From: Alphaproteobacteria bacterium
Lineage (GTDB): Bacteria > Pseudomonadota > Alphaproteobacteria > Bin95
DNA length: 64,000 nt
Reading direction: 5' to 3'
Assembly (NCBI GenBank): GCA_965261985.1
Contig: OZ253490.1
Span: 4,139,121 to 4,203,120, forward strand
Shown: positions 8,937 through 19,277 of the stretch, piece by piece
Layout of the letters: the number at the start of each line of letters is the position of its first letter
Numbering within the stretch: position 1 is the stretch's first letter
Translations under genes and position numbers: made by a program
Notes under the pieces: model-generated
Told to the model about the DNA's origin: nothing
What the model saw: only the letters and a program-made list of their open reading frames with translations
Database searches by the model: none

Positions 8937-10253
8937 ATGGATCCGTTCAATGCAGGTTTGCTCTCCGTCGTCATCATCATCGGCATGGTGGTGCTCGGGG
9001 TCCGCGTTGCCTACGCCTCGGGAATTGCGGGTCTCATCGGCCTGATCTGGCTGCGCGGTTACGACGCCGGCGCCGGTCTTGCCGGATTGCTGGCGCATTC
9101 CGAGGTCAGCCATGTCACGCTCTCCGTGCTGCCGATGTTCATCCTTATCGGCTTTCTGGCCTATTATGCCGGGCTGACGCAGAGCGCGTTCTACTCGGCG
9201 CGTTGCTGGCTGGGTACATTGCCGGGCGGGCTGGCCGTCGCGACCGTGTTTGCAACCGCCGGGTTCGCGGCCGTTTCGGGAGCTTCGACGGCAACCGCTG
9301 CTGTCTTCGCCCGGGTCGCGATACCCGAAATGCTGAAATACGGCTACGACCGCAGTCTTGCAGCCGGCGTCGTCGCCGCCGGCGGCACGCTGGCATCGCT
9401 CATTCCCCCGAGCGCCATCCTGGTGATCTACGCGATCATCGTCGAGGAATCGGTCGGCGCCCTGCTGCTCGCAGGCTTCATACCGGGCGCGCTTTCGGCG
9501 GTGATCTATGCGGTGCTGATCGTCTTGCGCTGCAAGTTGAACCCATCTCTGGGAGCGCCGGTTTCCGCCGTACCTTTCGCGGAAAAAGTCCGATCTCTCG
9601 GCGGCGCGTCCGGTATCTTCTTCGTGATCGTCATCATCCTGGGTGGCATATACACCGGCTGGATGACACCAACTGAGGTAGGCGGCGTTGCCGCATTCGT
9701 GATCTTCCTGATTGCGCTCGCCAAGCGGAACATGGGCCTTGCAAACCTGCGCGAATCGCTCATGGAAACCGCGAAGCTCACGGTTTTCATCTTCACGATC
9801 ATCTGGTCAATCCTGATTTATGTGCGGTTCCTCGGCTTTTCGGGCCTGCCGGAGGCATTCGCCAATTTCGTCGTCGGCCTCGATGTACCGCCGATCGTCG
9901 TGATGATCCTGATCCTGCTTGCCTATATCGTGCTCGGCATGTTCATGGACGGCATCGGGATGCTGCTCTTGACCCTGCCGGTCGTCTATCCGGCGGTTAC
10001 GGCACTCGGCTACGATCCGATTTGGTTCGGCATCATCATCGTCAAGATGGTCGAGGTCTGCCTGGTCACGCCGCCCATCGGACTCAATTGTTTCGTGGTC
10101 AACGGCGTGCGTCCGGACATTCCCCTGGAGGACATCTTCAAGGGAATCTGGCCGTTCTTCGTGGCCGATATCATCACGGTCGGCGTACTCGTCGCGTTCC
10201 CCGGCATCGTGCTCTTCCTGCCGCGATTGATGATCCAGAACATCACAAGCTGA
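8937..10253 (+). CDS. TRAP transporter large permease (DctM family)
   Basis: 438 aa and polytopic, with typical DctM composition and position in the operon. Confidence 0.9.
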   Translation: MDPFNAGLLSVVIIIGMVVLGVRVAYASGIAGLIGLIWLRGYDAGAGLAGLLAHSEVSHVTLSVLPMFILIGFLAYYAGLTQSAFYSARCWLGTLPGGLAVATVFATAGFAAVSGASTATAAVFARVAIPEMLKYGYDRSLAAGVVAAGGTLASLIPPSAILVIYAIIVEESVGALLLAGFIPGALSAVIYAVLIVLRCKLNPSLGAPVSAVPFAEKVRSLGGASGIFFVIVIILGGIYTGWMTPTEVGGVAAFVIFLIALAKRNMGLANLRESLMETAKLTVFIFTIIWSILIYVRFLGFSGLPEAFANFVVGLDVPPIVVMILILLAYIVLGMFMDGIGMLLLTLPVVYPAVTALGYDPIWFGIIIVKMVEVCLVTPPIGLNCFVVNGVRPDIPLEDIFKGIWPFFVADIITVGVLVAFPGIVLFLPRLMIQNITS

Positions 10254-10277
10254 GTGCAAAAGGGCGCAGTTTTCCGT

Positions 10278-11834
10278 TCAGGAAAGCCGCGCCGCCAGGC
10301 CCATTGGTTCGTCGCGGAACAGCGCCGTTGGCATTTCGCAAAGATTGTCGGCGACGCGGGGCCGGAAGGCCATCCGCGCCAGCACGTCGCGTTCCATATC
10401 GACCCCCGGCGCAATCTCGGTGAGAACCGGTCCTGCCTCGTCGATGCCGAAGACACAGCGCTCCGTCACGACCATGATCGACTGTCCCCGCGCCAGGCCG
10501 GCACGGGCGTTGAAGCTGATCTGTTCGACTGCCTCGACGAACTTGATGGGCGCGCCGTCGCGCCGGATATCGAGCCGCCCGTCGGCCGCGCGTATGTCCG
10601 ACTCCCCGGCCGAAAACTGGCCGCAGAACACCACCCGCTTCGCCCCCTGGGTCACATTGAAGAAGCCGCCAATGCCGGGTATGCGCGTCTTCAGCTTCGA
10701 CACATTGACATTGCCGGCAGCATCGAACTCCGCCATGCCGACGAACGTAATGTCCAGCCCGCCGCCGTCGTAGAAGTCGAACTGGTAGGTGTTGTCGATA
10801 ACCGAACTTGGGTTGATCGCAGCGCCGAATGAGAGCCCGTAAGCCGGATAGCCGCCCGTCGCGCCCGATTCGACCGTCAGCGTGAAGGCATCGCCGCAGC
10901 CCTCCTCGCCCGCGACCGTCGCCACATATTCCGGCGCTCCGACACCCAGATTGACGATATCGCCCCGGCGGAGTTCCATCGCCGCGCGCCGGCCGATAAC
11001 CTTCTTGACCGACAGGGGAAGCGGCCGCCGCCCGCTCATGTCCGCGCGGACCTCGCCCGAAAAGACCGGATCGTAGGCGGTGGCGAAGGTCTGCGGATGG
11101 TTCTCGGGCCGCGCCACGACCACCCGGTCCACGAGATGGCCGGGGATAACGACACGCCTCGGATCGAGCGAGCCGCGCTCCGCAATGCGCTCGACCTGCG
11201 CCAGCACGACGCCGCCCGAGTTCCGCACCGCCTGCGCGAAGCTTGGACCCTGGAAGGTGCCGATCTCGCGCTCCATGGTGATGTTGCCGTCCGGGTCCGC
11301 CGTCGTGCCCCGCAACAGGCCGGCATCGAGCCGCATCGACGGGTAGAACAGCCAGTCGCGGTCCTTCAGGCGCACCCGCTCGACATAGTCCTCGACCGTG
11401 CGCGCGTTCACCTTGCCGCCGCCATGTTCCGGATCGACGAAGGTGCCGAGGCCCACATGGGTCACGAGGCCCGGCCGTCCGGCCGCGATCTCCCGATAGA
11501 GCTGGACGATGACGCCGAGCGGCAACAGGTAGCCCTCGATCTCATTGTCGATCAGGCGCTGCTGCAACATCCGGTTGAGGTTCAGATAGGAGGTAACGAG
11601 CCGGCGGATCATCCCGTCATGGCGCAAACGGTCGAGGCCGCGCCCGCGCGTGTCACCGGAGCCGGTCGAGGCGATGACGGTCAGCCCCCTCGGCTCCCCC
11701 ATCTCCTGAAAGCGCCCTTCCAGCGCGAGCAGCAGTTCTTCCGGGCAGACCGAACCGACGAACCCGTCCACGCCGAGCGTCGCACCGGACCGGACCAGCC
11801 CCGCCGCCTCCGCAGCAGTGACGATCTTGCTCAT
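10278..11834 (-). CDS. Fused alpha/beta family-I CoA-transferase (YdiF/acetate-CoA-transferase-like)
   Basis: From the internal ATG at 11834 (RBS GGGAGGGA): MSKIVTAAEAAGLVRSGATLGVDGF..., and later LTVESGATGG (catalytic Glu context). Confidence 0.8.
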   Translation of the reverse strand: MSKIVTAAEAAGLVRSGATLGVDGFVGSVCPEELLLALEGRFQEMGEPRGLTVIASTGSGDTRGRGLDRLRHDGMIRRLVTSYLNLNRMLQQRLIDNEIEGYLLPLGVIVQLYREIAAGRPGLVTHVGLGTFVDPEHGGGKVNARTVEDYVERVRLKDRDWLFYPSMRLDAGLLRGTTADPDGNITMEREIGTFQGPSFAQAVRNSGGVVLAQVERIAERGSLDPRRVVIPGHLVDRVVVARPENHPQTFATAYDPVFSGEVRADMSGRRPLPLSVKKVIGRRAAMELRRGDIVNLGVGAPEYVATVAGEEGCGDAFTLTVESGATGGYPAYGLSFGAAINPSSVIDNTYQFDFYDGGGLDITFVGMAEFDAAGNVNVSKLKTRIPGIGGFFNVTQGAKRVVFCGQFSAGESDIRAADGRLDIRRDGAPIKFVEAVEQISFNARAGLARGQSIMVVTERCVFGIDEAGPVLTEIAPGVDMERDVLARMAFRPRVADNLCEMPTALFRDEPMGLAARLS

Positions 11835-11877
11835 GAATATCCCTCCCGGCGTGGAAATCGCGGCAGGCGCCGGGCCC

Positions 11878-12651
11878 TTACGCCGGCACGGCCGTGAAGC
11901 CCACCTGCCCGAGCGGGCCGAAATCCGCCAGGACGCGCGCACCGGGAGCAATCGCGACGACGCCGGTGCAGGTGCCGGTGGTCACATGGTCGCCGGCGCG
12001 CAGCCCGTCGCCCCGTTCGCGTAAGTGGTTGGCGAGCCACAGAAGCACCAGAGCCGGATCGCCTAGCGCCAGCGCTCCAGTCCCCTGCGCCAATGCCTCT
12101 CCATCCACCGAGAGCGCCACACCCGCGTCGCGCAGGTCCCGGTCCCGCCAGTCCGGACGGATCTCGCCCGCGACGAAAGCGATATTGGCGCCGAAATCGG
12201 CCGTCACACCTTCCCGCCCGAGACCGGCGAGCCCGCCCTCGAAGCGCGAACCGACGACCTCGATGCCGCCGGTGACGCCCATGACCGCAGCCAGCACCTC
12301 GGCGCGTTCGAACGGCGCCTCGCGCGGCGGCAGGCCCTCGCCCATGACGAACACGAACTCGCCCTCCACAGCCGGAGAGTGCGCCGCGAACACCACCACC
12401 TCCGCGCCGCGCTCGAAGCAGAAGGGCTCGAGCAGCGCCCCGGCGCCGGGGCGGTCGGTGCCGAGCTTGCGCCGGGCTTCGGCGCTGGTCGATCCGACCT
12501 TCCAGCCGGTACGTGCATGGCCGGAGGCCCGCACCGCCTCGTCCTGGACGCGATAGGCGTCTTCCAGATCGCCGAGCTCCCGCCGCGCGGCGGCCTCGAC
12601 CAGGGTTCCGCCGCGCCGGGCGTCCCACAAGCGTTGCGCCAGATCCGGCAT
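11878..12651 (-). CDS. 2-keto-4-pentenoate hydratase-like enzyme (FAH superfamily, MhpD/HpcG-like)
   Basis: 257 aa from the ATG at 12651: AYRVQDEAV...GWKVGSTSAEARRKLG...GEFVFVMG...HVTTGTCTG. The upstream part of the 418-aa ORF looks like non-coding read-through. Confidence 0.7.
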   Translation of the reverse strand: MPDLAQRLWDARRGGTLVEAAARRELGDLEDAYRVQDEAVRASGHARTGWKVGSTSAEARRKLGTDRPGAGALLEPFCFERGAEVVVFAAHSPAVEGEFVFVMGEGLPPREAPFERAEVLAAVMGVTGGIEVVGSRFEGGLAGLGREGVTADFGANIAFVAGEIRPDWRDRDLRDAGVALSVDGEALAQGTGALALGDPALVLLWLANHLRERGDGLRAGDHVTTGTCTGVVAIAPGARVLADFGPLGQVGFTAVPA

Positions 12652-12793
12652 GGTGCGCCTGCCTTCCACTTCGAAGATCGGTTCCGCAACCCTATCCCGC
12701 CTGCCCAACGCGCGGAAGGCCGTGTCTGTTTGTCCCGGTGAACGGAACCGCGTAGGATGCCTGCAATGAAGGCATGTCATTGAAGGGGCGGAG

Positions 12794-13030
12794 ATGCCGC
12801 AGCTAACCGTGCGAAATGTCAGCCCGGAAGTGGTGAAGGCGCTGAAGCGCCGGGCTGTTGCACACGGGCGGTCCGCTGAGGCCGAACACCGGGAACTCTT
12901 GTGCAACGCCTTGCTGGGACCTGCGGACGATTTCATTGCAAAGGCTGCAGCGTTACGAAAGCGGCTTCGCCCCTCGGTCGATAGCAGCGATGTAATTCGG
13001 GCCGATCGCGACCGGGATATTGCGAAGTGA
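12794..13030 (+). CDS. Ribbon-helix-helix antitoxin (FitA/VapB-like)
   Basis: MPQLTVRNVSPEVVKALKRRAVAHGRSAEAEHRELL is a typical Arc/MetJ-type antitoxin N-terminus. Its stop overlaps the GTG of the PIN gene (GTGA). Confidence 0.75.
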   Translation: MPQLTVRNVSPEVVKALKRRAVAHGRSAEAEHRELLCNALLGPADDFIAKAAALRKRLRPSVDSSDVIRADRDRDIAK

Positions 13031-13469
13031 CAGGCTATGTTGTCGATGCCAGCGTGGCCGTGAAATGGCTGGCGGACGAGGCGTTTTCCGACGAGGCGCA
13101 AGCTTGTTGACGAGCGGTTCGACCCTTGCAGCACCGGCCCTGATATACGCCGAGGCCATAAATGCGTTTTGGGCGATGCATCGGCGCGGCGAAATTTCGG
13201 CAGCCGATCTGTCGGCGGCCGTGGACACGCTCAAGGCCGCGCCTATTGCAGTGCCCTTTTCCATGCTTCAACTCGCGGCCTCGGCGGCGCGGTTGGCGAC
13301 CGACCTCGACCATCCGGCCTATGACTGCTTTTACTTGGCGTTGGCGATACAAACCCACTATCCCGTTGTCACAGCGGATTCGCGTTTCCACAACAGGGTG
13401 CGCGGCCATGCCTATCTGTCGGACTGTATCGTGCATGTTTCGCAGGCCGTATCCGGCCAACATCGTTGA
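13027..13469 (+). pseudogene. vapC: PIN-domain VapC toxin disrupted by a frameshift
   Basis: GTG at 13027 gives VTGYVVDASVAVKWLADEAFSDEAQAC and stops at 13108-13110. The rest of the PIN domain (LLTSGSTLAAPALIYAEAINAFW...HPAYDCFYLALAIQTHYPVVTADSRF) continues from about 13104 in the frame of ORF 13020-13469. Confidence 0.65.
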
Positions 13470-13599
13470 GCGCCTTGGGTGGGCGGGAATACAAGAGACG
13501 GGGGCTGTTCCGCCAAAGGAGATATTCCGCTTCCGTCGCGAGGTCTTTTCCCGCGCCGGAATCGCGTTAGGCTTCCTGCGCTTTACCAAGGGGGCGGCA

Positions 13600-14448
13600 A
13601 TGAAGCTCGGCATCTTCAGCTACAACACCGAATACGGGACCCGGCCCGACGACCTTGCGAAGGCCGCCGAGGAGCGGGGCTTCGAGTCCTTCTGGGTCGG
13701 CGAGCACACCCATATTCCGGCAAGCCGCGAGACGCCTTATCCGGGCGGCGATCCCCTGCCGAAGCCCTACTACCATATGGCCGACCCGTTCGTGTCGCTC
13801 ATGGCGGCGGCAGGCGCCACCTCGACCATCAAGCTCGGCACGGCCGTCTGCCTAGTGATCGAGCGCGACCCGATCGTGCTGGCCAAGGAGGCGGCGACGC
13901 TCGACTGGCTCTCCGGCGGGCGGCTGCTGCTCGGCATCGGCGGCGGCTGGAACGCCGAGGAGATGGCCAATCACGGCACCGATTTCACGCGCCGCTGGCA
14001 AGTGCTGCGAGAGCGCGTCGAGGCCATGAAGGCCATCTGGACGGAAGAGGAAGCGAGCTACGACGGCGAGTTCGTCCGCTTCGAGCGCATCGTTTCCTAT
14101 CCGAAGCCGGTCCAGCGCCCGCATCCTCCCATTATCTATGGCGGGGCCACGCCGCTCGGGCTGAAACGCACGGCGCGCTATTGCGACGGCTGGATGCCCA
14201 TAGACGTGCTGATGGACGATTTTCCCGCCGCTGTCGCCGAGCTCGACCGCCTGACCGCCGAGGCGGGCCGCGACCCGGAATCGATTTCCATCTCGGTATT
14301 CGCCTTCAACGGCGCCAATGAAGAGGCGCTCCGCCGGCTTGCGGAGAACCCGCGCATCGAGCGCGCCGTGCTGGTGGCGCCCCGCTATACGGAAAAGGCC
14401 CTGCCCTTCCTGGACAATTTCGGCGCACTCATTCCCGCATTGGCTTGA
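13600..14448 (+). CDS. LLM-class (luciferase-like) flavin/F420-dependent oxidoreductase
   Basis: From the ATG at 13600: MKLGIFSYNTEYG...GFESFWVGEHTHIP...GRLLLGIGGGWNAEE... Confidence 0.8.
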   Translation: MKLGIFSYNTEYGTRPDDLAKAAEERGFESFWVGEHTHIPASRETPYPGGDPLPKPYYHMADPFVSLMAAAGATSTIKLGTAVCLVIERDPIVLAKEAATLDWLSGGRLLLGIGGGWNAEEMANHGTDFTRRWQVLRERVEAMKAIWTEEEASYDGEFVRFERIVSYPKPVQRPHPPIIYGGATPLGLKRTARYCDGWMPIDVLMDDFPAAVAELDRLTAEAGRDPESISISVFAFNGANEEALRRLAENPRIERAVLVAPRYTEKALPFLDNFGALIPALA

Positions 14449-16072
14449 GGTCGGCCGCAATTTCGCGCAGGCGGAATTTCTGAATCTTGCCTGAAGCCGT
14501 GCGCGGCATGGCGTCCAGCAGTTCCAGGCGCTCCGGCAGGTAGGGCTTCGCCAGCCGGCGCTCCAGCAGGAAGCCGCACATCGCCTCGAAGGTCAGCACT
14601 TCCGTCCCCGGCCGGAGCGTCGCAAAGGCGCAGGCGCGCTCGCCCAGCCGTTCGTCCGGCATGGCGACGATGGCGCAGTCCGCCACCGCCGGATGGCGGT
14701 AGAGCAGCTCTTCCACCTCAACAATGGGAATGTTCTCGCCGCCCCGGATGATGATGTCCTTGGAGCGTCCGGATATCCGGATATAGCTGTCGGCGTCCAT
14801 GCGGGCATTGTCGCCGGTCTCGAACCAGCCCTCCGCATCCGTGTCGTAGCGCTCCGGGCGCTGCAGATAGCCGACGAACTGGCCGGCGCCCCTCACCTGC
14901 AAGCGCCCCTCTTCCTCGTCCGGAACCGGCGTTCCGTTCTCGCCGACCACACGCACTTCCAGGCAGGAAACGGCGCATCCGTCCGTCCCGAAGACCCGCG
15001 CCGGCGGGTCGGATTTCTTCGTGCCCGAGCCGAAGCCGTTCTCGGTCATGCCCCAGCCGGAATGGACGAAACAGCCCAGGCGCTCTCCAGCCTGCTCCAC
15101 CAGCACGCGCGGAATCGGCGCTCCGGCGGAGACGAAGGTCTCCAGGCTTGAGATGTCGTAGCGGTCCAGCACGGGACTGGAGGCGAGATCGGTCAGGAAG
15201 GGCGTTGCCCCCATGGTGAAGGTCACCGCCTCGTCCTGGATCAGCCGCAGCGCCGCCTCCGGGTTCCAGATATCGAGATAGCAGGTCTTGGCGCCGAGCA
15301 CGGGCGACAGCATCAGGCCGTACATGAACCCCGTCTGGTGGGCCAGAGGGGAGCCCATCAGAATTGCCGTATCCTCACCCAAGCCGATGCGCTCGACATA
15401 GCTCATCACCATGGCGATCAGCGTGTTGGAGGTGTGCATCGCGCCCTTGGGCTCGCCGGTCGTGCCGGAGGTGTAGAGAAGCTGGACCACATCGTCCGGA
15501 TCGGGCTTCCCGGCTGCGAACACGGCCTCGGCGTCCGACTCCCGCTCCAGGCGCGGGTCGAGCAAGGCGGCATCGAAATTCTCGCCGATGACGAACAGGT
15601 GCTCCAGCTTCGGCAATGCCGGGCGCAGCTCCCGCGCCATGGCCGCGTGGTCGTGGCCGCGGAATATCTTCGGCGTCACCAGCGCCTTCGCTTCGGCGAA
15701 ATCCACCATGAAGGCGAGTTCGCGCTCGCGGAAGATCGGCATCAGCGGGTTGGAGCAGACCCCGATGCGAAGGCAGGCAATGTGCAGGCAGTAGAATTGC
15801 CACCAGTTCGGGAGCTGGAAGGCGAGCACATCGCCCTTGCGCAGGCCGTGCGCATGAAGGCCGAGGGCCATCCGGTCGGAAAGCCGCTTGACCTGGCGCC
15901 ACGACAGCGTGGTTTCCCCGCCATCCTCCATGCGACGGGCCACGACGGCGACGGCATCCGGCTTGCGTGCTACCGCCTCGTCGAAATAGTCGAGCAAGGT
16001 GCGGTCTCGCCAGTGGCCCTCGACGCGGTGTTTTTCGCCCCGCCAGGCCGGCATGATCGGATCGAAAATCAT
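14429..16072 (-). CDS. AMP-dependent synthetase / acyl-CoA ligase
   Basis: AMP-binding motifs are LLYTSGTTGEPKGAMHT, GWGMTE, WFETGDNARMD and SGKIQKFRLRE. Confidence 0.85.
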   Translation of the reverse strand: MIFDPIMPAWRGEKHRVEGHWRDRTLLDYFDEAVARKPDAVAVVARRMEDGGETTLSWRQVKRLSDRMALGLHAHGLRKGDVLAFQLPNWWQFYCLHIACLRIGVCSNPLMPIFRERELAFMVDFAEAKALVTPKIFRGHDHAAMARELRPALPKLEHLFVIGENFDAALLDPRLERESDAEAVFAAGKPDPDDVVQLLYTSGTTGEPKGAMHTSNTLIAMVMSYVERIGLGEDTAILMGSPLAHQTGFMYGLMLSPVLGAKTCYLDIWNPEAALRLIQDEAVTFTMGATPFLTDLASSPVLDRYDISSLETFVSAGAPIPRVLVEQAGERLGCFVHSGWGMTENGFGSGTKKSDPPARVFGTDGCAVSCLEVRVVGENGTPVPDEEEGRLQVRGAGQFVGYLQRPERYDTDAEGWFETGDNARMDADSYIRISGRSKDIIIRGGENIPIVEVEELLYRHPAVADCAIVAMPDERLGERACAFATLRPGTEVLTFEAMCGFLLERRLAKPYLPERLELLDAMPRTASGKIQKFRLREIAADLKPMRE

Positions 16073-16226
16073 CGGCGTTCCCGGACACCCCGCGCCGCGC
16101 CGGCGACCGGAAAGAATGGGGCCAACAGGGCAGCGATCGGCGTCTCTCGCACTTTATGTCTCCTTCCGAAATGCCGGGCCGCTTGCTTGACCGGCCGGTG
16201 CAGAGGGGCTAGAAGCCGCGCGGATT

Positions 16227-16302
<76 letters not shown>

Positions 16303-16333
16303 TCCTTCTCTTCATTCTTTCGGAACGGGCCGG

Positions 16334-16645
16334 TCAGGCGTCGTTCAGCACGTGAATCGTCCGCTTGGCGATCAGTTCCCTCGTCTTCGCCGCATAGGCC
16401 GCCATATGGGCCGAGGCGCCATGCGCGCGGAGCGCGTCCAGGCTCGCCCATTTCTCGATGACAACAAAGGTGTCCTCGCCGTATTTCGTCTGGATCGCGC
16501 CCGCTTCGGCGTCCACGGCCGCGCCGTATTCGATGCACCCGTCCTCCGCATGCACCGCCGGCACATTCGCATTGAAGGCTTCCAGTATCTCGGCCCGGCG
16601 GCCGGGCTTGGCCTGGATGACGGCGATGACATGGACCCTGGACAT
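16334..16645 (-). CDS. ABM-domain (antibiotic biosynthesis monooxygenase / YgiN-like) protein
   Basis: 103 aa, with VIAVIQAKPG...C..Y.........FVVIEKWASLDALRAHGASAHM, the typical ferredoxin-like ABM pattern. Confidence 0.7.
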   Translation of the reverse strand: MSRVHVIAVIQAKPGRRAEILEAFNANVPAVHAEDGCIEYGAAVDAEAGAIQTKYGEDTFVVIEKWASLDALRAHGASAHMAAYAAKTRELIAKRTIHVLNDA

Positions 16646-16724
16646 AAACTCTCTCCTCTCCCCGCCGCCCCTGCGGCAACGGTTCTCCCGGCGTTATTGA
16701 CCGCTTTCGACCTCCCGGGTCAAG

Positions 16725-18905
16725 ATGGCGCCATTCCCCGAACGCCCGGAGGCCCGGCCGATGCCCGAAGCGCGCGCTCTCTGCTCTTCCTGCGATATCT
16801 ATTGCCAGGTTCTGGTCGAGACGACAGACGGGCAGGTTGTCCGGGTGAAGGCGACCGATCCGAGGCCCGGCCGCGCCAATATCTGCATGAAGGGCGTGCA
16901 CGCGCCTGCCGGCTTCGCCCACCCCGAGCGCGTGTTGCACCCCCTGCGCCGAAAGGGGCCGCGCGGGGGCGGGGAATGGGAACGGGTCGGGTGGGACGAC
17001 GCGCTCGACGACATCGCCGAACGCCTTCAACGGGTTATCGACCGTTACGGACCGGAGGGGTTCGCGGTCTCGACCAGTTCCTGGAACACGCAGAGCGACA
17101 GCGGCATGTGCCGGCGCTTCATGAACCTGGTCGGCTCGCCGAACTGGATTTCGGGCGTGGCGCTCTGCGCCGGCAATACCGCCGCCGTCAACCGCATGGT
17201 CTATGGCTGGTTCCCCTTCCCCGACTTCACCAAGACCGAATGCATCGTTCTCTTCGGGCACAACCCGAAACCGCACTCCTGGACGCCGGAATACAATGCC
17301 ATCCGCCGCGCGCAGGAGCGCGGCGCGAAGCTCATCGTGCTCGACCCGCGCCGGTCGGAAAACGCCGAGCTTGCGGATATCTGGCTGCCGCTCAAGGTCG
17401 GCACCGATGCGGCCATGTGTCTGGGATGGCTCAAGGTCATTCTGGACGAAGGCCTTTGGGACCGGGATTTCGTGAAGCGCTGGACCGCGGGATTCGATGA
17501 GCTCCGGAAGCGCGTCGACGAGTTTCCGCTGGAACGGGTTGCGGAGATCACGGGCGTCGCGCCGGACCGGATCGCGGAAGCCGCACGGCTTTATGCACAG
17601 TCGACGCCGGCGGTCATTCCTTGGACGCCGATCACCGACCTGCAGCGCAACTCGACCTCGGCCATCCGGCTTCAGGCCACCCTGCGCGCCATCTGCGGCA
17701 ATCTCGATGTTCCCGGCGGCGAGCTGCTGCACGGCTTCCATCCGCACATCGTGCCGGAAACCGACCTCGAACTGCACGATGCGCTGCCGGAAGCGCAAAA
17801 GGCCAAGCAGTTGGGCTCCGATACCCATCCGGTGTTCACCTATCGCGGCGCCGCTCCCCTGGAAGAGCCGACCCTGCGGGTCTGGGGCCGGCGCTACGCC
17901 AATCTGGTCTCCGGCTGCTACATGGCGACGCCGTCTGCCGCGTTTCGCGCCATGGCCGACGGCGAACCCTATCCGGTCAAGGCGTTCTTCACCCTCGGCA
18001 ACAACACCCTGCTCAGCTTCGCCAACATGCAACTCATCCATCGGGCGCTGCTGAACCAGGACCTCATAGTCGCATTCGAGCACATGAAGACGCCGACGGC
18101 GGCCCTTGCCGACTACATCCTTCCCGGCGATGCCTGGACGGAGCGCAAGGCGCTGGGAGACGGTTTCGGCTGGACCGCGATCTACCGTACTTCGCAGCAG
18201 GCCGTAGCCCCTCCCGGCGAAGCGCGCAGCGTTTACGATTTCTGGAGCGGTCTGGCGTCCCGCATGGGCCTCGGTTCCCATTTCCCGTGGGAGAACGGCG
18301 ATGCGTTGCTCGACCACCGCGTAGCGGGGCTTGGCATGAAATTCGACGCCTTCGCCGAGCGCCATGCCATACACACGGACGGTCTCGAATTCCGGAAATA
18401 CGAAGCGAAGGGGTTTGCGACGCCATCGGGCAAGGTCGAACTCTCGTCCTCGGTGCTGGGCGCGCTCGGCTTCGATCCCCTGCCCTACTGGCGCGAAGAG
18501 CCGCCGGCGCCGGCCGACATGCCGCTGAGGCTGTTCACCGGCCTGCGCGAGGACGCCTATTTCCAGACCGGCCACCGCCATATCGCAGCCCTTCGCGCCC
18601 GTGCGCCCGAGCCGCTGCTCTACCTGCATCCCGCTGACGCGGCCGAGGCCGGAATCGCAGACGGGGAACCTGCGATCGCCGAGACGGCGCAGGGCCAGGT
18701 CCGGATGAAAGCCGCTATCCGCGACGACATGCAAAAGGGCTTGGTGCGAGTGCCCCATGGCTGGTGGCTGCCGGAAGTCGGGCTGGAGAGCGCCTGGGAA
18801 ATGGCCGATGCGCAGCTCTGCCCCGACGACGAGGATTTCCTCGACCGCGAACAGGGCATCCCCCATTTCAAGGGCATCCCCTGCCGCGTCGCCCCGGCGG
18901 CATAG
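16725..18905 (+). CDS. Molybdopterin (bis-MGD) oxidoreductase, DMSO-reductase/formate-dehydrogenase superfamily
   Basis: An N-terminal Cys cluster (CSSCDIYCQVLV...ICMKG) is followed by molybdopterin-binding and C-terminal dinucleotide-binding regions. The start may be the second Met at 16761. Confidence 0.8.
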   Translation: MAPFPERPEARPMPEARALCSSCDIYCQVLVETTDGQVVRVKATDPRPGRANICMKGVHAPAGFAHPERVLHPLRRKGPRGGGEWERVGWDDALDDIAERLQRVIDRYGPEGFAVSTSSWNTQSDSGMCRRFMNLVGSPNWISGVALCAGNTAAVNRMVYGWFPFPDFTKTECIVLFGHNPKPHSWTPEYNAIRRAQERGAKLIVLDPRRSENAELADIWLPLKVGTDAAMCLGWLKVILDEGLWDRDFVKRWTAGFDELRKRVDEFPLERVAEITGVAPDRIAEAARLYAQSTPAVIPWTPITDLQRNSTSAIRLQATLRAICGNLDVPGGELLHGFHPHIVPETDLELHDALPEAQKAKQLGSDTHPVFTYRGAAPLEEPTLRVWGRRYANLVSGCYMATPSAAFRAMADGEPYPVKAFFTLGNNTLLSFANMQLIHRALLNQDLIVAFEHMKTPTAALADYILPGDAWTERKALGDGFGWTAIYRTSQQAVAPPGEARSVYDFWSGLASRMGLGSHFPWENGDALLDHRVAGLGMKFDAFAERHAIHTDGLEFRKYEAKGFATPSGKVELSSSVLGALGFDPLPYWREEPPAPADMPLRLFTGLREDAYFQTGHRHIAALRARAPEPLLYLHPADAAEAGIADGEPAIAETAQGQVRMKAAIRDDMQKGLVRVPHGWWLPEVGLESAWEMADAQLCPDDEDFLDREQGIPHFKGIPCRVAPAA

Positions 18906-19094
18906 CGCACGGTTCGATCCGGATGAATTGACGGTCGTTCGGGCGACGGCCGCCCGTGGCCGGCATCCGGTGGAGGCGGGGCGGCGCGGCTGCGGGGACA
19001 CCCCCTCGGAAATGTCATGAGATGTCATGTTTTGTCATGGACGGCGACTCCGTCGTTCCGCCGGCGTTCGTTCCGGGCATCCGGCGCGGCGTCG

Positions 19095-19228
19095 GAACGA
19101 CCCTGTTTCGCGCGTATCGCCGCCCCTCCCCCTGGCGTCATCCCGGCCGGAGCGAAGCGGAGAGCCGGGATCTCCAGCGGCTGCCTCCGCCCTTGCGTCA
19201 CGAGGCCCCGGATCAAGGCCGGGGCGAC
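19095..19228 (+). repeat. GC-rich hairpin-forming dispersed repeat, copy B
   Basis: It aligns to the reverse complement of 102-240. It also shares the block GACCCTGTTTCGCGCGTATC with the repeat at 27814-27835 and, in reverse, near 54940. Confidence 0.6.
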
Positions 19229-19277
19229 GCTAATTTGGCGTTGCCGGCTCCTCCCTCGCGAAGTGTCATGAAATGTC

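Noticed and set aside
13020-13469. ORF 13020-13469 as an intact 149-aa CDS.
   Set aside because: Its first approximately 28 residues (MRSDRLCCRCQRGREMAGGRGVFRRGAS) are out-of-frame translation of the real PIN N-terminus. The locus is better explained as a frameshifted vapC.
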